In this document: positions 1 to 10,874 of the stretch, one piece after another | Position numbering within the stretch: the stretch's first letter is position 1 | Layout: the number at the start of each line of letters is the position of its first letter | DNA from: Xylographa opegraphella | Lineage: Eukaryota | Reading direction: 5' to 3' | Length of the DNA: 64,000 nucleotides | Assembly (NCBI GenBank): GCA_022813865.1 | Contig: JALDZX010000029.1 | Span: 1 to 64,000 of the forward strand | Program-made: the position numbers and the translations under genes | The notes under the pieces: generated by a model | What the model saw: only the letters and a program-made list of their open reading frames with translations | What the model was told of the DNA's origin: nothing | Databases searched by the model: none

Positions 1-61
1 ATTGACGAATCCAACCCAGATCCCTAATCGAGCTATACTAGTGAGAGGCAGGATCGTAACA

Positions 62-1600
62 TACTTGGTTAAATGAAGAAAATATTTAAATTAAATAATA
101 TATAAGAATTATTTACTAACCTTGAAAATTATTAAAAACTTTTTCAAAGGTTTTATCGAATAAGTTTAAAATATTACAAAAGAAATTTAAAGAAATTAAA
201 AAATAAAATTTTAAAGAAATCGCTAATAAAATTTACGACCTTTCTGCGCTCGTTTTTTTTTTTAAAATTTCGATATTAAATTATTTTTAAATAAATATTT
301 TTCGATAAAATTTATTTTGCAGCAGCCAACTTTTTTTCGAATTTAATTAAAAAATATTTTTTAGTAATTTATTTATGACGAAAGGCAGTTACACGGTAAT
401 ATTGATTTTTTAATTTTTTTAACAAATTTTTTTAATTATCATTCGAGCTCGATTCGTATTAATAAAAATTAATAAATAAAATAATTTCGATTTAATACAA
501 TTTACGTAATAATTCGAATCAGTAAATATTTAACAAGCCAGGCTATTTTTTATATATTTATCGCAAAGGTGTATCGCGAATTCTTTTTATATACGAATAA
601 TTTTAATTTATCGCTTTATTTTATTATAATTTAATATTTTATTCTTAAACATTATTGAGGAAAAAAGGGTTTTAAAAATCAAAAATCAAAAAAGAAGTTA
701 ATATTAAAATTTCTACCTTTATAAAATAAGTTAAAAACGTTAAAAAATTAGCGCTTAATAAAAAACGGCTTAACTTTAATTATTTTTTGGTTACTTTTTG
801 ATATTTTTATAAAGAGTATAGAAGGGCATAAAAGTGTATTTTAAATAAATTTTTTATATAAAGTAAAAAAAATATTTTGTTGTAAAAAACGTGTTTAATT
901 TATATTATAATTTATTTTATAAAATACGAATCTTTAATACAATTTTTTACGAAAATTACTATTTTTTTTAAGAACGATAAATTTATTACTATATTTTTTA
1001 TATTTATTTATTGACAAATTTAACTTAAATCCTTGATCAAACTGTATTGATGAGATTCAGAATGATAATATTTTTTTCGTGATTTTTTTGCTAAAATCGT
1101 GACTTTTTTGCTAAAAATTTAAAAATTTTATTCTGCAAAATTTTTACCTTGTTTATTTCTGCAGAATTAGCGAAAAAAACCTTATATAATAAAACTCGAT
1201 TTCATAAATATTCATTATTTTTTATTTATATAAAAATCTCACATTGCTTATAATATTTTCAATAAATCGATTAAAATTAATATTACAAAAATGTATAAAT
1301 ATTATTATTATTATATAATTTGAACGCAATTTTATCGATAAATATATATTTATAAATTAAAAATTAATTTTTGAAGAGTTTTATTTATAAAATTATTAAA
1401 TTAATTTTTCGATTTGAAATCGATTAAAATTGAACAAAAATATATAAATATTATGTCGTAATTAAAATTATTTATTGATTTAAAAATGCAATCACAAATA
1501 TTATATATCAATGAATGTGAATTAACATATATTCAAAGAATTTTCTCGATTTTCGCGATTTGTTGAATACTCGATTCAGGGTTTATATTTTTCAACCACT
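62..1600. mobile_element. AT-rich degenerate repeat/transposon relic, probably RIP-mutated
   Basis: Extreme A+T content and no ORF >=60 aa. Remaining C/G lie largely in CpG (tcga, acga) or GpC contexts. Composition returns to normal at about 1500-1650. Element family cannot be identified. Confidence 0.7.
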
Positions 1601-1855
1601 TGCAATGATTCGCACATCTTAGCTTGTACTTTTGTATTTCTCGCTTCGCACAAACCATCGCTAAGTCAATCATTTACGGTCGATGTCCTGACTTCTCGAG
1701 GTGAAAGCGACCAGTGTATCTTCTCCGTATACAACTTCGGTATACTGGCGTACTATCCTGGTGGATGGCTGTGCTGACTTTGTAACAGTGAATCATATCT
1801 CCATCGCCTTTTCTTTCCTAAGTCTTCTCAGTGAACGGAGACGCACTCCGCAATC

Positions 1856-2690
1856 ATGGATCAAGTAAAGTTGGCAAAGATGCAACAATCGGTTCGAATC
1901 GGTGAGTCCTTTGCAGCATCTGGAAAGTTGGAGCTGCGGTCGTAGTATTCGGGTGCCGCTCACCCGTAAGGCTCGCACTCACGCTGACTCTGTATCTACA
2001 CAGGGTAAGCATACTGTTCTCTCCTGCTTCGCCTTGTCCAAGTTGCGGATGTTCTCCTTTAGTCAAGTTAGATAATTGGTCTCTGGCAGCTAACGAAAAT
2101 ACTGTATGCAGAGGGAAAGGCACGCCGAGAAGGAAAATGAAGAAAGTCCATAAGTCCTCTGGCACAGATGACAAGAAGCTTCAGACTTCTCTCAAGAAGA
2201 TGAATGTACAACCAATTCAGGCCATCGAGGAAGTAAATATGTTCAAGGAGGATGGCAATGTTATCCACTTTGCGGCTCCTAAAGGTGCGTTACAGCATGC
2301 ATAGAGCTAGAGAGATTCCAGTAATGTCACAAGCCGTGGAGTGTAGCGGATCCCAGCCACTACGCTTTCGCTAACATCATTGGAACATGACTGCCATCAT
2401 TTAATGTACTTCCTACACGTTTGATACTGACTGCCGTTTCAGTCCACGCTTCGGTGCCATCAAATACCTTCGCCATCTACGGCAATGGAGAGGATAAGGA
2501 GCTTACGGAGCTCGTGCCCGGAATTCTTAATCAGCTTGGCCCTGACAGCCTGGCGTCCCTCCGCAAACTTGCTGAAAGCTACCAGAGCATGCAAAAGAAG
2601 GATGGCGAGGATGGCGATAAGAAAGAAGATGACGATGATGATATTCCAGATCTGGTGCCGGGCGAGACCTTCGATAGCAAAGTCGAATAA
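1856..2690 (+). CDS. EGD1: Nascent polypeptide-associated complex subunit beta (BTF3)
   Basis: Exons 1856-1901, 2004 (1 nt), 2112-2284 and 2443-2690 give [40 protein letters not shown]...[34 protein letters not shown]...DDDIPDLV, the NAC-beta signature. Confidence 0.95.
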
Positions 2691-3010
2691 TGCCCGAGCA
2701 AGGGCCGAGACTTGAAAATTGCATGTACGGCTAGCACGAATTCTGCTGCTACTTCGGCTATATTTCTGGTGTATACTCGAAGATGTGCTTGCCCGAGCGG
2801 GTGCCTTCATGGTGTAGGCTTACCATTTCCCCTATCTTGAAATCAAAAATGTGATTATTTCCTAGTAGCAAGGGAAATAGAAGAAGTCTTCTGAGGTTAA
2901 AATCCATAATATTTCGAAAATCGATTAAGGCCATGCGTATCTTCTCGTTGATTACCCGGATCAACTCATTGTATTACATGCGCAATATCACTGGATGAGC
3001 TACTGCGCAA

Positions 3011-4942
3011 TCATTCTGCACTGACGGCGCCATTCCAGATAGCTTTGTCCATCGTGCCCATTCTGCCTTGACCTTTCGTCTTCTCGGCTTTGCCCCGCCC
3101 TCTGTAGTGACCTGCTGATCCACCACGAGTTCCGCTTGTTCCTCCAGCGCCGCCGCCGCCGCCGCCGCTACTTCTACCGGCTCTCCCACCCTTCCCAGGT
3201 GCCTTTCTTCCCCGCCCTCCATGGTTTGAGATTCTAAACTCAATCTTCTTCAACGGGTCCTCTACCCACTGGACTCCTTCCAGCTTGACCTCTTTTCTCG
3301 CTTCGACTGGTGTCCGCCAAGCTTGAAAGACGTATTGTGGATCATCTAGTCCCCGTAATTCTTCGACCCAATTCTTCACATAAGCTCCTTCCGGGTCATA
3401 ATCGAAAGATTGTTTCACAGGATTGAAAACTCGAGCTTCTCCTCTGGGATCGTTTCCAACTCCAGCGGTGTATTGCCAATTGCCCCAATTGCTGCTAAGA
3501 TCGTAGTCGATCAGAAAGCACTCGTACCATTCCGCACCGATGCGCCAGTCAATACCTAGGTGTTTTGCCAGGAAAGATGCAACATTTTGTCGGGCTCGGT
3601 TTGATGTATAACCCGTAAGAAAAAGTTCCCGCTGACTGGCATCAATCAAGCCCGTTCCTGTCGTGCCTTCGAGGAATCGGGTGAGCTTCTTCTGAGTATC
3701 GTTGTCCTTTTCAGGATACTTCCAAGCAGTAGAGTTGTCATTTCGAAATCCTTCAACACGAAACAGGCGATGACCGAACTTTCGAGTACAGAGACGCATG
3801 TAGTCTCGCCAGAGAAGTTCGAAGCGGACAGCTGCTGTGCCTTTATTCTCGCCTTTGCCGTATCCTTGCACTCCTATGCCGAGGACTGTATGGCCTTCCT
3901 CGAAATCGAGTAGATATTGATGAATTTGGCGGGCTGTGACGCAGCCAATTGCCAGCCAGGCAGATAACTTCGTGCTGAAGTCAAGGCCGAGCATGCCGTT
4001 ACGAGTGTCTTTATACGTGGTCATATTCCCGGTCTCGACCAGATGCTTTATGCGTTCGTGCCCGGCGTGCTCACCCCCAACAAACGGATGGGCAGACGCA
4101 GCATCCGACGGCCATTTCGGGGGGTTTTTGAGGCCGAGGTCTTTCTCTAACGGTTCATTTAGGCAAGTGACGGTTTCCTCGAGCGATTTCGGGGTCTTAA
4201 ACGGCGCTTTTTGGCTGGGTACAAAGCCTGGCAACGGCGGCAGCTTTTTGGGCACGGGGAGCGTCCGCCGGGGAGCGTCTCTGAGAGGCTCTACTTGCTT
4301 CCGGTAGGACGTAAAAACATCGGGCAAGTCACTTGCGGACTTACAAGGCACATCTCGACTAATGTCACAGCGTCAGTTTCGCCAATAAAATCATAGCTCC
4401 CCCACCTGGATGACAAACTCATCAACGTAATACTTTTCGTCGGTCCACAACTTAAAGTCTTTCCCAGCTGCAACAGCTGCCTTTCTCACATCTCGTTCCT
4501 CCCTCTGCTCTTCGACCCCTTCTTCGCTGGTCATCCACACCCCTACCACTTCTCCGTGCTTTGTATCCTCGGCGTATGCATCGATCAGTTCTCTCACGAT
4601 CTGACCAACCAATCCGGTCCGAATCTCTAAACCGCTACCGGCTTTCTCCAGCGACTTCCTCAGGTCCCACACACTCTCGGCGAGGAACTTTGCTCTGTGA
4701 GGTCCGCACCTCCAGAAACCGGATGTGGTCGATCTTGCTTCTGGATATGGCGACCGTTCAGATCCCGATATTAAAAAACCCGATATCTCCACTTGCGGGG
4801 CAGCAAATATATAGAGCGGGAGAAGATGGGTGTAAGGCTGGTGAGAAAGCTCGCACGACCTGGAAATCTCATGCAGCACAGGGTTATCAGCAAAGCGAAG
4901 ATCACGACGCAGTAGATAGATCAGAATACGCGGTGCGGTCAT
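3011..4942 (-). CDS. cry: Cryptochrome DASH (photolyase family) with C-terminal RGG-rich tail
   Basis: N-terminal LRRDLRFADNP and FLAESVWDL; FAD-domain motifs ELLWRDY, GYTSNRARQNVASFL, GAEWYE and DYDLSSNWGNWQY. One intron, 4418-4359, restores YVDDRDVP. Confidence 0.93.
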
Positions 4943-5399
4943 GATCGAAGAGAGATTCCACCAACTGGAACCGCACCAAAAACAACGCGCTCTGTTCCAG
5001 AGCGTTGCAATCCGCGGTGGAAGGTGAGGTCAAAGGATGGTGTGCGCAGAGGCAAAGGGGAAACGGGGTGGAAGCTCCAGTTGAGAGAGAAAGCCAAAGC
5101 AAATATGGTAGTTTGGCTTGTTTCTGCACACATGCGCGGCGTTTGGAGCAAGCATCATCGATTACCCTATTTGAAGTAGCGGGTAGGCGTCAACGACGAC
5201 GGCCACAACAAAGCCGAGCGGCTCAGAAGGACACCGGACAGCGTGCATCACACACGGGCGATTGGTACCACTTCTGGCGACGATGGTGGAGGTTGGCGCG
5301 GATCGCTGGGGGAGTTATTGGGTTTGGGTGGGGGGGGGGGAGGGCGTCTCCGGGCCACCTCGTGTGATGGCAGGGAAGCGGTGGAAATAGCGTGGAATG

Positions 5400-5450
5400 G
5401 GATGCGATCATAGATCTGTCAGATCTTGCGCCAAAGATCTCATCGCATCC
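5400..5450. promoter_or_regulatory. Candidate light-responsive element: four GATC inside an inverted repeat upstream of CRY-DASH
   Basis: GGATGCGAT (5400-5408) and ATCGCATCC (5442-5450) form the arms. GATC occurs at 5406, 5413, 5422 and 5436. Confidence 0.5.
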
Positions 5451-6019
5451 TTCCGGTTGGACAGCAGCAGTGCGTCACAACGCATGAGTCATTGGTGGGC
5501 AAGTACCTCGGAGGTGCAAACCCTTGGTTGCAACCCGAATCGTGAAACTTTAGGATCAATTTTCTTCATCGGATTTACAACAATTGTGTAGGCACACGAT
5601 CTTCAAAACCTGGCCCTGCGTGGTTTCCTGTCATTAGGCTCCTGGCTCGTTAGCAGTGTTTCCATTCCTTAGCTGAGGGCGCTATATACCAGGTCCCAAG
5701 GTAATGACGCCCTCGTCCATAGCTTCATCGAATTTTCTTTCCCATCATAATCTTTTCACTTTAAGCGTACTGCGTATAATGTTTTCGTGTCACCCATTCG
5801 CGGAGACCAACAGGAAAAGTTATTGCAAGGGATTCCACATCCACGAGATAGCCTCGGGAACTATGAAACAAACCCCCCAAAGTGTCGGAGATTCGATCGA
5901 ATGTTTGAACTTAGTATTTTCTGCCAAACAGCGCGAAAGCCGTGCTTCCGACCATACCATACCAATCATGGTATATTGCTGTTCAATTTCGCTTGATAGG
6001 CCCATCGTAGTCCTTGCTA

Positions 6020-7399
6020 CTAGCTTTCCTTCATCCCGCACAAGTCCATGCCGAAGCGGGTATCAACCCAGTAACAGATCTTCCAATAGAAACTAGCCGT
6101 CGACCAGTCAAAATCGCCGTTCTCTAAGCGAGGTACCCCAAAGCCTATGATATCGCCAGAAACCCAACCGCTCCGGGTCAATCGCCTGAACGCTTTTTCC
6201 GACCACGAGGGTTGTGGTAGAAACGCCTCCGTAACGGGCTTTAAGACGGTGCGAGTAGTGTCTGGAAAGTGTGTGAAAGTTCTCGGAGGCTGTTTCGTAG
6301 AAGTTAAAGTGATGTCCGTTGGTCGCTGACTATCCGAACGCGATACTGTTCTTGGTCGAGCTTCAAACTGGTCGGGGCTTATTGCCGTAGCAGAAGATAC
6401 CGTGGAAGAAGACGGCGAGACACCTTCATCAATCTGTTGACTGTCACCAGCTCCGTCAGTGTTGGTTCCATTTGATCGAGGTGATGTGGCCGAGAATCTC
6501 GCAGGTCCTGCAGAGCGTGGCTTCATTGATGTCAAAAAAGAAGCATTCGATGGTTGGACGAGTCTCGTTGAGGGTTGCAGACCTCTAAGGTGTCCATCTT
6601 GTCGCTCGTCGTTCATCATTGGAATTGGTTTATCAAGATCATATTTCTCGCCAGTATACAACTTTGCATAGACCCAATGTCCTTGTATTAGGTGCGGTGA
6701 ACCATAGATAGCACTATTCGCAGCCTCAACAGAATCCATGGTTACTTTAATCCAGCAATGCCCACCCTTGTACTGACTCGCCAGTGCCCGTTCTGCTTTT
6801 GTTAATGTTCGTGGAAGAGTATATCCACTACATCCGAGACCTAGCTGATATCTTCGACGTTCGTCAGGTGCTTCTCGCTCGTAGTCTTCGCAGATCATGC
6901 CTCCTGACACTGACTCATAGTAATGGATTGCTGCCCATTGACTTTCTGGAGCATACCCGTAGATCATCACTTGCGTTGGTTCGTTCACGACTGAAGGCGC
7001 GCTAGAATGAACCGGATCGGTAGGCACTTGCACACCCAAGAGCGGCCGGTCATGGGAGACATTTTGAGCATCAAAATTGAGAGCAGCTTCAAAGCCGTCC
7101 AAGGTTGGGTTCTCTTTCTTGGCAGGAGTCTGAGTCCTGGTGGCTCGCAAGGTTCCTCTTCGACGTGTGGATTTGCCAAAAGAACCTTTATCCTCTTGTT
7201 GACGCTTTTGAGGTCGTGCTCCTGGGTTATCGCTCCCAAAATAGTTAGCGAAAGATTCGTTTCGAATTCCTATTCTCACTCACTCCGCCCATTCTAGCGC
7301 CCATGGCAGGCGGTTGCCCTGAGCATCAACGGCACGCTCTTCGATGGGGACTCCGTGGAACTGAGTCGGTCGTCCGATCCGGTCCCTTGTTGCGGCCAT
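6020..7399 (-). CDS. NUP53: Nucleoporin Nup53/Nup40 (MPPN/RRM-like domain)
   Basis: PTQVMIYGY...AIHYYE...ICEDYERE...HCWIKVTMDSVEAA...SPHLIQGHWVYA and C-terminal IGFGVPRLENGDFDW...YWKICYWVD match Pezizomycotina Nup53 as I recall it. Exon 1 is 7399-7284; intron 7283-7233. Confidence 0.8.
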
Positions 7400-8028
7400 C
7401 AGCAGTTCTGATTGATGCTGAGTTGGCGGTGACAAGGAAATCCCAGCTAAAAACGGTAAACGAAGCAATTTACCTAAGCCGTTGTCATTCGTCCGGCATC
7501 CACAAGCTAAACTACGGAACTAGCTGAGGACCAATCAAGCCGGCAACAATCAGCAAAACAGACAAGCTTCTAACAACGGCCAAAATGTCAATACAATTAT
7601 ACTGCCAAAGTAGAGTGTTTGGGGTGGATGCCGGACGACCATGATCAGGAATCTATTGTTTCACGGTGCGATGAGCATGGCATTTGAATCGCATCGGTCA
7701 CTACATATTACGTACAGTCAAAGGGATAAGTTTAAAATCACAGCTGGGGCGGTGCATAGATCCTGACGTAGCGGATGAGTCTTGTGTTCTAAGTCCTCCC
7801 TTGAAGCAAACGAATCCTGCCTCAGTAGCCTGTGCGATAGAGCAGTGACATAACGGTCCTGAATCTTTAACGTGTAACCGATTCGCTTTTATATTATTCT
7901 CGTCTTACCAAGGTTGAAAAGCACAGTGGACACTGCAGGTGTCCACTGCGCAACCCTCAGACCAAGGATTCTTACTGTGCAATCTTTGTCCCAGAGGTGA
8001 TCCACAGACGGCGGAATCGCTTCGGCTT

Positions 8029-8724
8029 CTATGCCCTAGTAGCATCCTTGACCGTCGTAGCTACATCCTTCGAGGCAGCGTTTGCAGTCTCTGCTATATC
8101 TCTTGCGTCTTCCCTTACTGCTTGGACGACAGTACCATTCTTGATACTTCGTTGATACATCAAGATCCGAGTGACTTGAGCAACGCCTACGCATCCAAGG
8201 AAGAAGTTCACCGTTGCTAATCTGAGGCGTCATCAGAGTATGCTCACTAGGCAGGGAAATCAAACGCATTGGCCACGTACAAAACATTTCTAGGTTTTAT
8301 CACGAAGCACCATCTCGTCCATATCGCCCCTGTTGCCGTTAAAGCCAAATTCTGCGTAAGAGAGAGATTTTCCGCCGGTCGTGCAAAGTCAGAGACACCA
8401 GCAAGAACGATGAGCCACTTTGAACAGGTTAGAACATGAATACAATGGTTTTCATCTCGGCAAAGATCGGATTACCTTCATTACTGGAGCCCTAAAATGT
8501 AAACATCAGCAGATGAAATCTCCACTATAGACTCACAAGGTTGCCTACCAGAAGTGAACTGTTTTGACACCCACCGGACTAGTCCATAGCTTTTGAGCAA
8601 GACTCTGCGTTGGGATTGATGAGGCAGCTTGCGAACTGTCATATCGCTTGCTTGATGCTCTGCTCATTGGTGCTCGAAATTGTCGAGACATCTGAAAGAG
8701 CCGAAGACCTGAACGCGAAGACAT
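8029..8724 (-). CDS. MPC2: Mitochondrial pyruvate carrier subunit (MPC2-type, UPF0041)
   Basis: Spliced translation MSSRSGLRLF...WTSPVGVKTVHFWAPVMKWLIVLAGVSDFARPAENLSLTQNLALTATGAIWTRWCFVIKPRN...VNFFLGCVGVAQVTRI; three introns. Mostly missed by the ORF track. Confidence 0.9.
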
Positions 8725-8919
8725 GCTTCATAAAGCTCTGTATTGTTAGAAGATCGAGAAAACAGCCGTTGTGGTAATCAAACGTACCTCGTCGGAACCT
8801 GACGTCGATACATAGTACAATGTCAATTATGTAGGATAGCATAAAATTATGCCATCTGTGCAGGAACTCTGGGGGCTGAACCTGCCCAAGAGCTGTCGAT
8901 CAATCGTGATACTTTAGCC

Positions 8920-9364
8920 ATGTCTGGCAAGTATGCCTTCACGCAAACGCTCAAGGAGGTGCGGTTCCTTCTTTGTCAGTCTTCTGAACATAGCGCTGCT
9001 ACTCGGTAAGATATCATTGTCCAGTACAGAGCCGGTAATTGACACCTCCAATTGTAGATTTTTTCTAAACAGAGCATATCCTACCATGAAGAAGAACAAC
9101 CCGGATACTCCTATCATGATAAGGGAAGCACTAGGGATTGAACCAAAGGTGTTTGCAAGATACGGTATGTTGATTCATGAGCACTACGAAACCACGGCCT
9201 GTCTTAACAATTATCGTTAGAATATGGGAAGGAGAGGCAGGAATCATTATCGGGTACAATAAGCCAGTATCTTCAATTATGCATGTACTAACCACTATCT
9301 TACAGGCCTAAGTGAAAGGGAGATCGAAGATAAGGTTACCAACCTCGTTAGAGCCGGTATCTAA
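8920..9364 (+). CDS. NADH:ubiquinone oxidoreductase NDUFA2/B8 (10.5 kDa) subunit
   Basis: Exons 8920-9005, 9058-9164, 9221-9253 and 9306-9364 give MSGKYAFTQTLKEVRFLLCQSSEHSAATRFFLNRAYPTMKKNNPDTPIMIREALGIEPKVFARYEYGKERQESLSGLSEREIEDKV. Confidence 0.9.
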
Positions 9365-10874
9365 ACTGGCTATCATCACAAACCCCCAAGTCAAATTTGG
9401 CCTTGAAGTTTTCAGTTTTCAGAACGGTATTCTGTTGAGTAGACATGCGTGTCTAGACAATTCTCTGCCCCGATCACTCCTGCTGCCCTGAAAACTCCAA
9501 GTCTACCCTGCCAGCAAGCTATCCGGTTCTGTCTTTACGAGCTACTTACTTCGCCCAACCTGGTAAAATTGCTTCAATACGTTACCAAAATCGCCCGCGG
9601 ACCTTGTCCGACATCAGTCAGAGTGTGCCACGGTACAATACTGGTAAAAGTAGCTGTGATAATCTCATCTCTATTTTGGTGCCAGATCTACCTGCTGCTT
9701 GCGTTAGCAAACATGATTTCATTTCCAGTCTCTCTATACGCTATGTGTCAAAGGTATCACTATGGCAGTCAAGCCAACGACTTATGCTTTATGCCCCCCC
9801 AAGCACATGACAGGTTGAAGCATCTCAAAGGCGCTCTTCTGATCCATTCTGCATGTTTAAACGGGCCAGCTTCGGTTACAGAGTCCCATGGAACGGACTC
9901 GTTGTTAATGCAGATGGCTGTAGAAATTCCGAATCAGCAGGTGATTGTGCTGTACGGTGAACTTGCTGCTCTAATACCTAGAGCCTGTCGAGATTTTTAT
10001 TGAACAGAACCTGGCTTAAAAGAATCGGACCAATGCCTTTAAAACAGATGGCTCATATGACCACCTTTAGTTCTCAAGATAGATCAGTGGGGGCTAGTAT
10101 CAATAACGCTGAAGTTCTTGGTGTTATGTATAATGCCAAAGCTCAACAATAATCTATGTATTTCTATTTGGAAAGCAGATTGTAAGACGTATACAACGCC
10201 CTCAAGAAGGTAAAGCCACAAATTGGTAGAAAATTACCTACTTATAGAATAATAGCAACGTTTCTGTTTTAGTATGCCCAGACGCTAACACGTACTAAAG
10301 CTGCACGATCTCACGATGTACAGGGGCTGGCTCGGCAAGTATGGGACCATAAGGTAGGGTGGGCTTCCAAAACCCCACAACTTCGGTATCTAAGGTACCT
10401 TAAGGTAGTACCTTACCACCGTACGCTGTCACGATTACTCCAACTTCCGGATGTCAAGCGCAGAAGATTCTCATGACACGTTTCACGCACCAAATTCCGC
10501 TGCACCCGTGGGCACAGCCGGCGAAGAGAACAATCTGTTTTAACTGGTGGCATTGACCCGCAAGTCCTCTCCGCTCGCAGTAAGCTGAAGCCTACCCCAC
10601 ACTCACACATGCTCAAAATGACGATCGGTTGTCCTCATCACATATGCGATCCAGAGCCCGCTTGCCCGAGGCGACTAAGATCCGATGCTCCCCGTCTCCG
10701 ATTACTCCCCGATTCGTCCCGGCGTCCTCCCCGCTTCTGAGACCAGAGCTTCACATTTAACAACTTTCATTCGCGCTGACATAGTTTCTCTGTTCTTCAA
10801 CTGCTATCACCAGTCCTCTGCAAACATCCCCCCTATGCAATCGTCCCTTGGCCCATTACTCTAGCACGCCCATC

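Noticed and set aside
1..61. ...GGATCGTAACA resembles a fungal LTR terminus (TGTTACG/CGTAACA)
   Set aside because: It lies at the window edge. No partner LTR, PBS or recognisable gag/pol is visible, so it cannot be supported as a feature.
1902..2111. Stwintron (nested intron) interpretation of EGD1 introns 1-2
   Set aside because: Both introns have intact donors and acceptors, and the intervening G is needed in the mRNA. A 1-nt exon fits better.
9449..10003. 184-aa ORF and an overlapping ORF with YNTGKS
   Set aside because: Non-ATG starts, atypical composition and no recognisable domain; it partly overlaps the likely 3'UTR of the complex I gene.
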